This document shows positions 62,387-64,000 of a DNA stretch of 64,000 nucleotides, piece by piece; the stretch's first letter is position 1; each line of letters begins with the position of its first letter. This DNA is from Solirubrobacteraceae bacterium (GTDB taxonomy: Bacteria > Actinomycetota > Thermoleophilia > Solirubrobacterales > Solirubrobacteraceae), in NCBI GenBank assembly GCA_035948355.1, contig DASZJF010000037.1:5019-69018 (forward strand). Direction: 5' to 3'. The notes below the pieces were generated by a model. That model worked only from the letters and a program-made list of their open reading frames with translations. It was not told the origin of the DNA and searched no databases. Position numbers and translations under genes: made by a program.

Positions 62387-63553
62387 ATGTCGAATCGCCG
62401 AGGAACTGAGGACAGCGGTGGGGACGCCGGCGCTTCCGACCCTATTCCTCTCGCTAAACCCGTATTGGGGGAGGCCGAGGAGCTGGCCGTGTTGGAGGTG
62501 CTGCGCTCGGGGCAGTTGTCGCTGGGGTCTCGGGTGGGGGAGTTCGAGCGCCTGTTTGCAGCTCGGGTCGAGGCAGAGCATGCATGTGCTGTGAGCAGTG
62601 GGACCGCTGGGCTGCATCTTGCGCTGCGGGCGGTGGGGGTTGAGGCTGGGGATGAGGTGATCACGAGCCCGTTCTCGTTCGTGGCTTCGGCCAACGCCGC
62701 TGTGTATGAGGGGGCTCGGCCGGTTTTTGCCGATATCGATCCGGTTACGCTGAACCTCGATCCGGCCGCGGCGGAGGCTGCGATCACCTCGCGGACGAAG
62801 GCCATCTTGCCGGTGCATATCTTTGGCTATCCCGCCGACATGGCCGCGTTTGAGCGGATCAGCGCGGCGCATGAGCTGGGGATCGTCGAGGACGCGTGCG
62901 AGGCGCTCGGGGCTGTGCATGGGGATAATGGGGTGGCTGTGGGCGCGCGCGGGCATCCGGCGGTGTTCGGGTTTTACGCCAACAAGCAGATCACGACGGG
63001 CGAGGGAGGGATGGTCACCCTCGGCGACGGGGAGCTGAAGGAGCGGATCGATTCCGAGCGCAATCAGGGTCGGGCCAAGGACATGGGCTGGCTCGATCAC
63101 GACCGGCTGGGGTTCAACTACCGGCTGTCGGACATCGCCTGTGCGCTGGGGATCGCTCAGCTGGGGCGCCTGGAGGAGATGCTCGCCGGGCGGGCTCTCG
63201 TGGCCGGCCGGTATCGGGAGGCGCTCGCCGGCGTCGAGGGGCTGGGGCTGCCCTGTATGGACATGGATGGGGATCGGCGGGGGTGGTTTGTGTTCGTCGT
63301 GCAGTTGCCCGCAGGGGTGGCGCGAGACACGGTCCTACGTAGGCTTGCCGAGAACGGCATCCAGAGCAAGCCGTATCTGCCCGCCATTCACCTGATGGGC
63401 TACTACCGCGAGCGGTTCGGCCATCGGTCGGGTCAGTTGCCCGTGTGCGAGGACGTGGCGGCGCGTTCGCTGGCGCTGCCGTTCTTCCCGGAGATGACTA
63501 CGAGTCAGGTTGAACGGGTGGCTCGCGAGCTGGCTCGGGCGGTGGGGCGGTAG
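62387..63553 (+). CDS. DegT/DnrJ/EryC1/StrS family aminotransferase
   Basis: VSSGTAGLHLA, SPFSFVASAN, EDACEALG, FYANKQITTGEGG, GFNYRLSD. Confidence 0.93.
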   Translation: MSNRRGTEDSGGDAGASDPIPLAKPVLGEAEELAVLEVLRSGQLSLGSRVGEFERLFAARVEAEHACAVSSGTAGLHLALRAVGVEAGDEVITSPFSFVASANAAVYEGARPVFADIDPVTLNLDPAAAEAAITSRTKAILPVHIFGYPADMAAFERISAAHELGIVEDACEALGAVHGDNGVAVGARGHPAVFGFYANKQITTGEGGMVTLGDGELKERIDSERNQGRAKDMGWLDHDRLGFNYRLSDIACALGIAQLGRLEEMLAGRALVAGRYREALAGVEGLGLPCMDMDGDRRGWFVFVVQLPAGVARDTVLRRLAENGIQSKPYLPAIHLMGYYRERFGHRSGQLPVCEDVAARSLALPFFPEMTTSQVERVARELARAVGR

Positions 63554-63708
63554 AACCCGGCGAGTGTTTCTGGGTGACCCGCAGCCCGCGGCTTCGAACA
63601 CCGTTGTCGGCGCCGGTCACCGCACGAGGAGGCATCGTCGGGAGCGCTTTTGGGTGGTGTCGGAGCGAGTCGGAGACAATCGTGAGGCGTTCGGAGCGCC
63701 GGACTAGC

Positions 63709-63736
63709 TTGACACGGTTCGGAGATCTGGTAATAC
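63709..63736 (+). promoter_or_regulatory. Putative sigma70-type promoter
   Basis: TTGACA (63709-63714), 16-nt spacer, TG-G-TAATAC; the -10 box is imperfect. Confidence 0.45.
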
Positions 63737-63739
63737 CTG

Positions 63740-63900
63740 TGTGCCCCTGACCTCCGGGCAAACGGCCGGCGCCGGGACGTCTCTGACCTGAAGACGAGCG
63801 TCCCGGCGTCGACCTACCAATCCCCAACCGGTGTGGAGCCGAGTGGGATCGCCTACATCATACCCCAGATGCGCCCCGGCGCATCTGGGGTTTTTCTTTT
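63740..63900 (+). ncRNA. Putative structured small RNA or terminating 5' leader (unassigned)
   Basis: Several stems between a promoter-like site and a strong intrinsic terminator; no ORF inside on this strand. Confidence 0.45.
63862..63900 (+). terminator. Strong Rho-independent terminator
   Basis: CCCCAGATGCGC-CCCG-GCGCATCTGGGG followed by TTTTTCTTTT. Confidence 0.9.
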
Positions 63901-64000
63901 GTATTGCTGGGGAAAGATGGATGCAGGCTGTCCGCATCCCGCCAGCGAGCGGATATCCGGCGAGGGCTCGTCGCCGGCTGACCGACGGCGTCCGGGTGAG

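Noticed and set aside
63755-63800. c-di-GMP-I riboswitch call for the terminal RNA (GGGCAAAC...GGGACG)
   Set aside because: It lacks the GNRA-capped P2 and the GCAAAG junction; GGGACG is instead part of a different long stem.

Overview
A very GC-rich actinobacterial-type chromosomal window. The gene style suggests Solirubrobacterales/Thermoleophilia, but this is inferred and not verified. It is mostly housekeeping genes: thrS-infC-rpmI-rplT-trmH-pheST-argCJBD-argG, dnaE, nfo, gltX, an HDOD-LuxR regulator, Rrf2-cysK-cysE, pcrA, folD, gatCAB, ilvBN, a menaquinone block (menF, mmpL, menD, menH, menC, menA, menB, menE, methyltransferase), ilvC-serC-serA, leuA, XRE-cupin, leuCDB-ilvE-cimA and a DegT aminotransferase. 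There are two toxin-antitoxin-type modules: a DUF4258-like/DUF2283-like pair at the usual argF-argR position, and a mazEF pair inside the men block. I found no rRNA, tRNA, CRISPR array, transposase or intein. The most interesting signal is non-coding structure. At least four families of short structured repeats recur. Two of them occur both between genes and as in-frame insertions in essential enzymes (pheS, menD), resembling Rickettsia palindromic elements. One occurs only upstream of menF and menC. There is also a 7-Leu leader peptide upstream of leuA, a putative ~160-nt structured RNA with promoter and terminator at the right end, and many -10 boxes placed 6-8 nt before start codons, implying leaderless mRNAs. 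Start codons were refined by eye from the ORF track.
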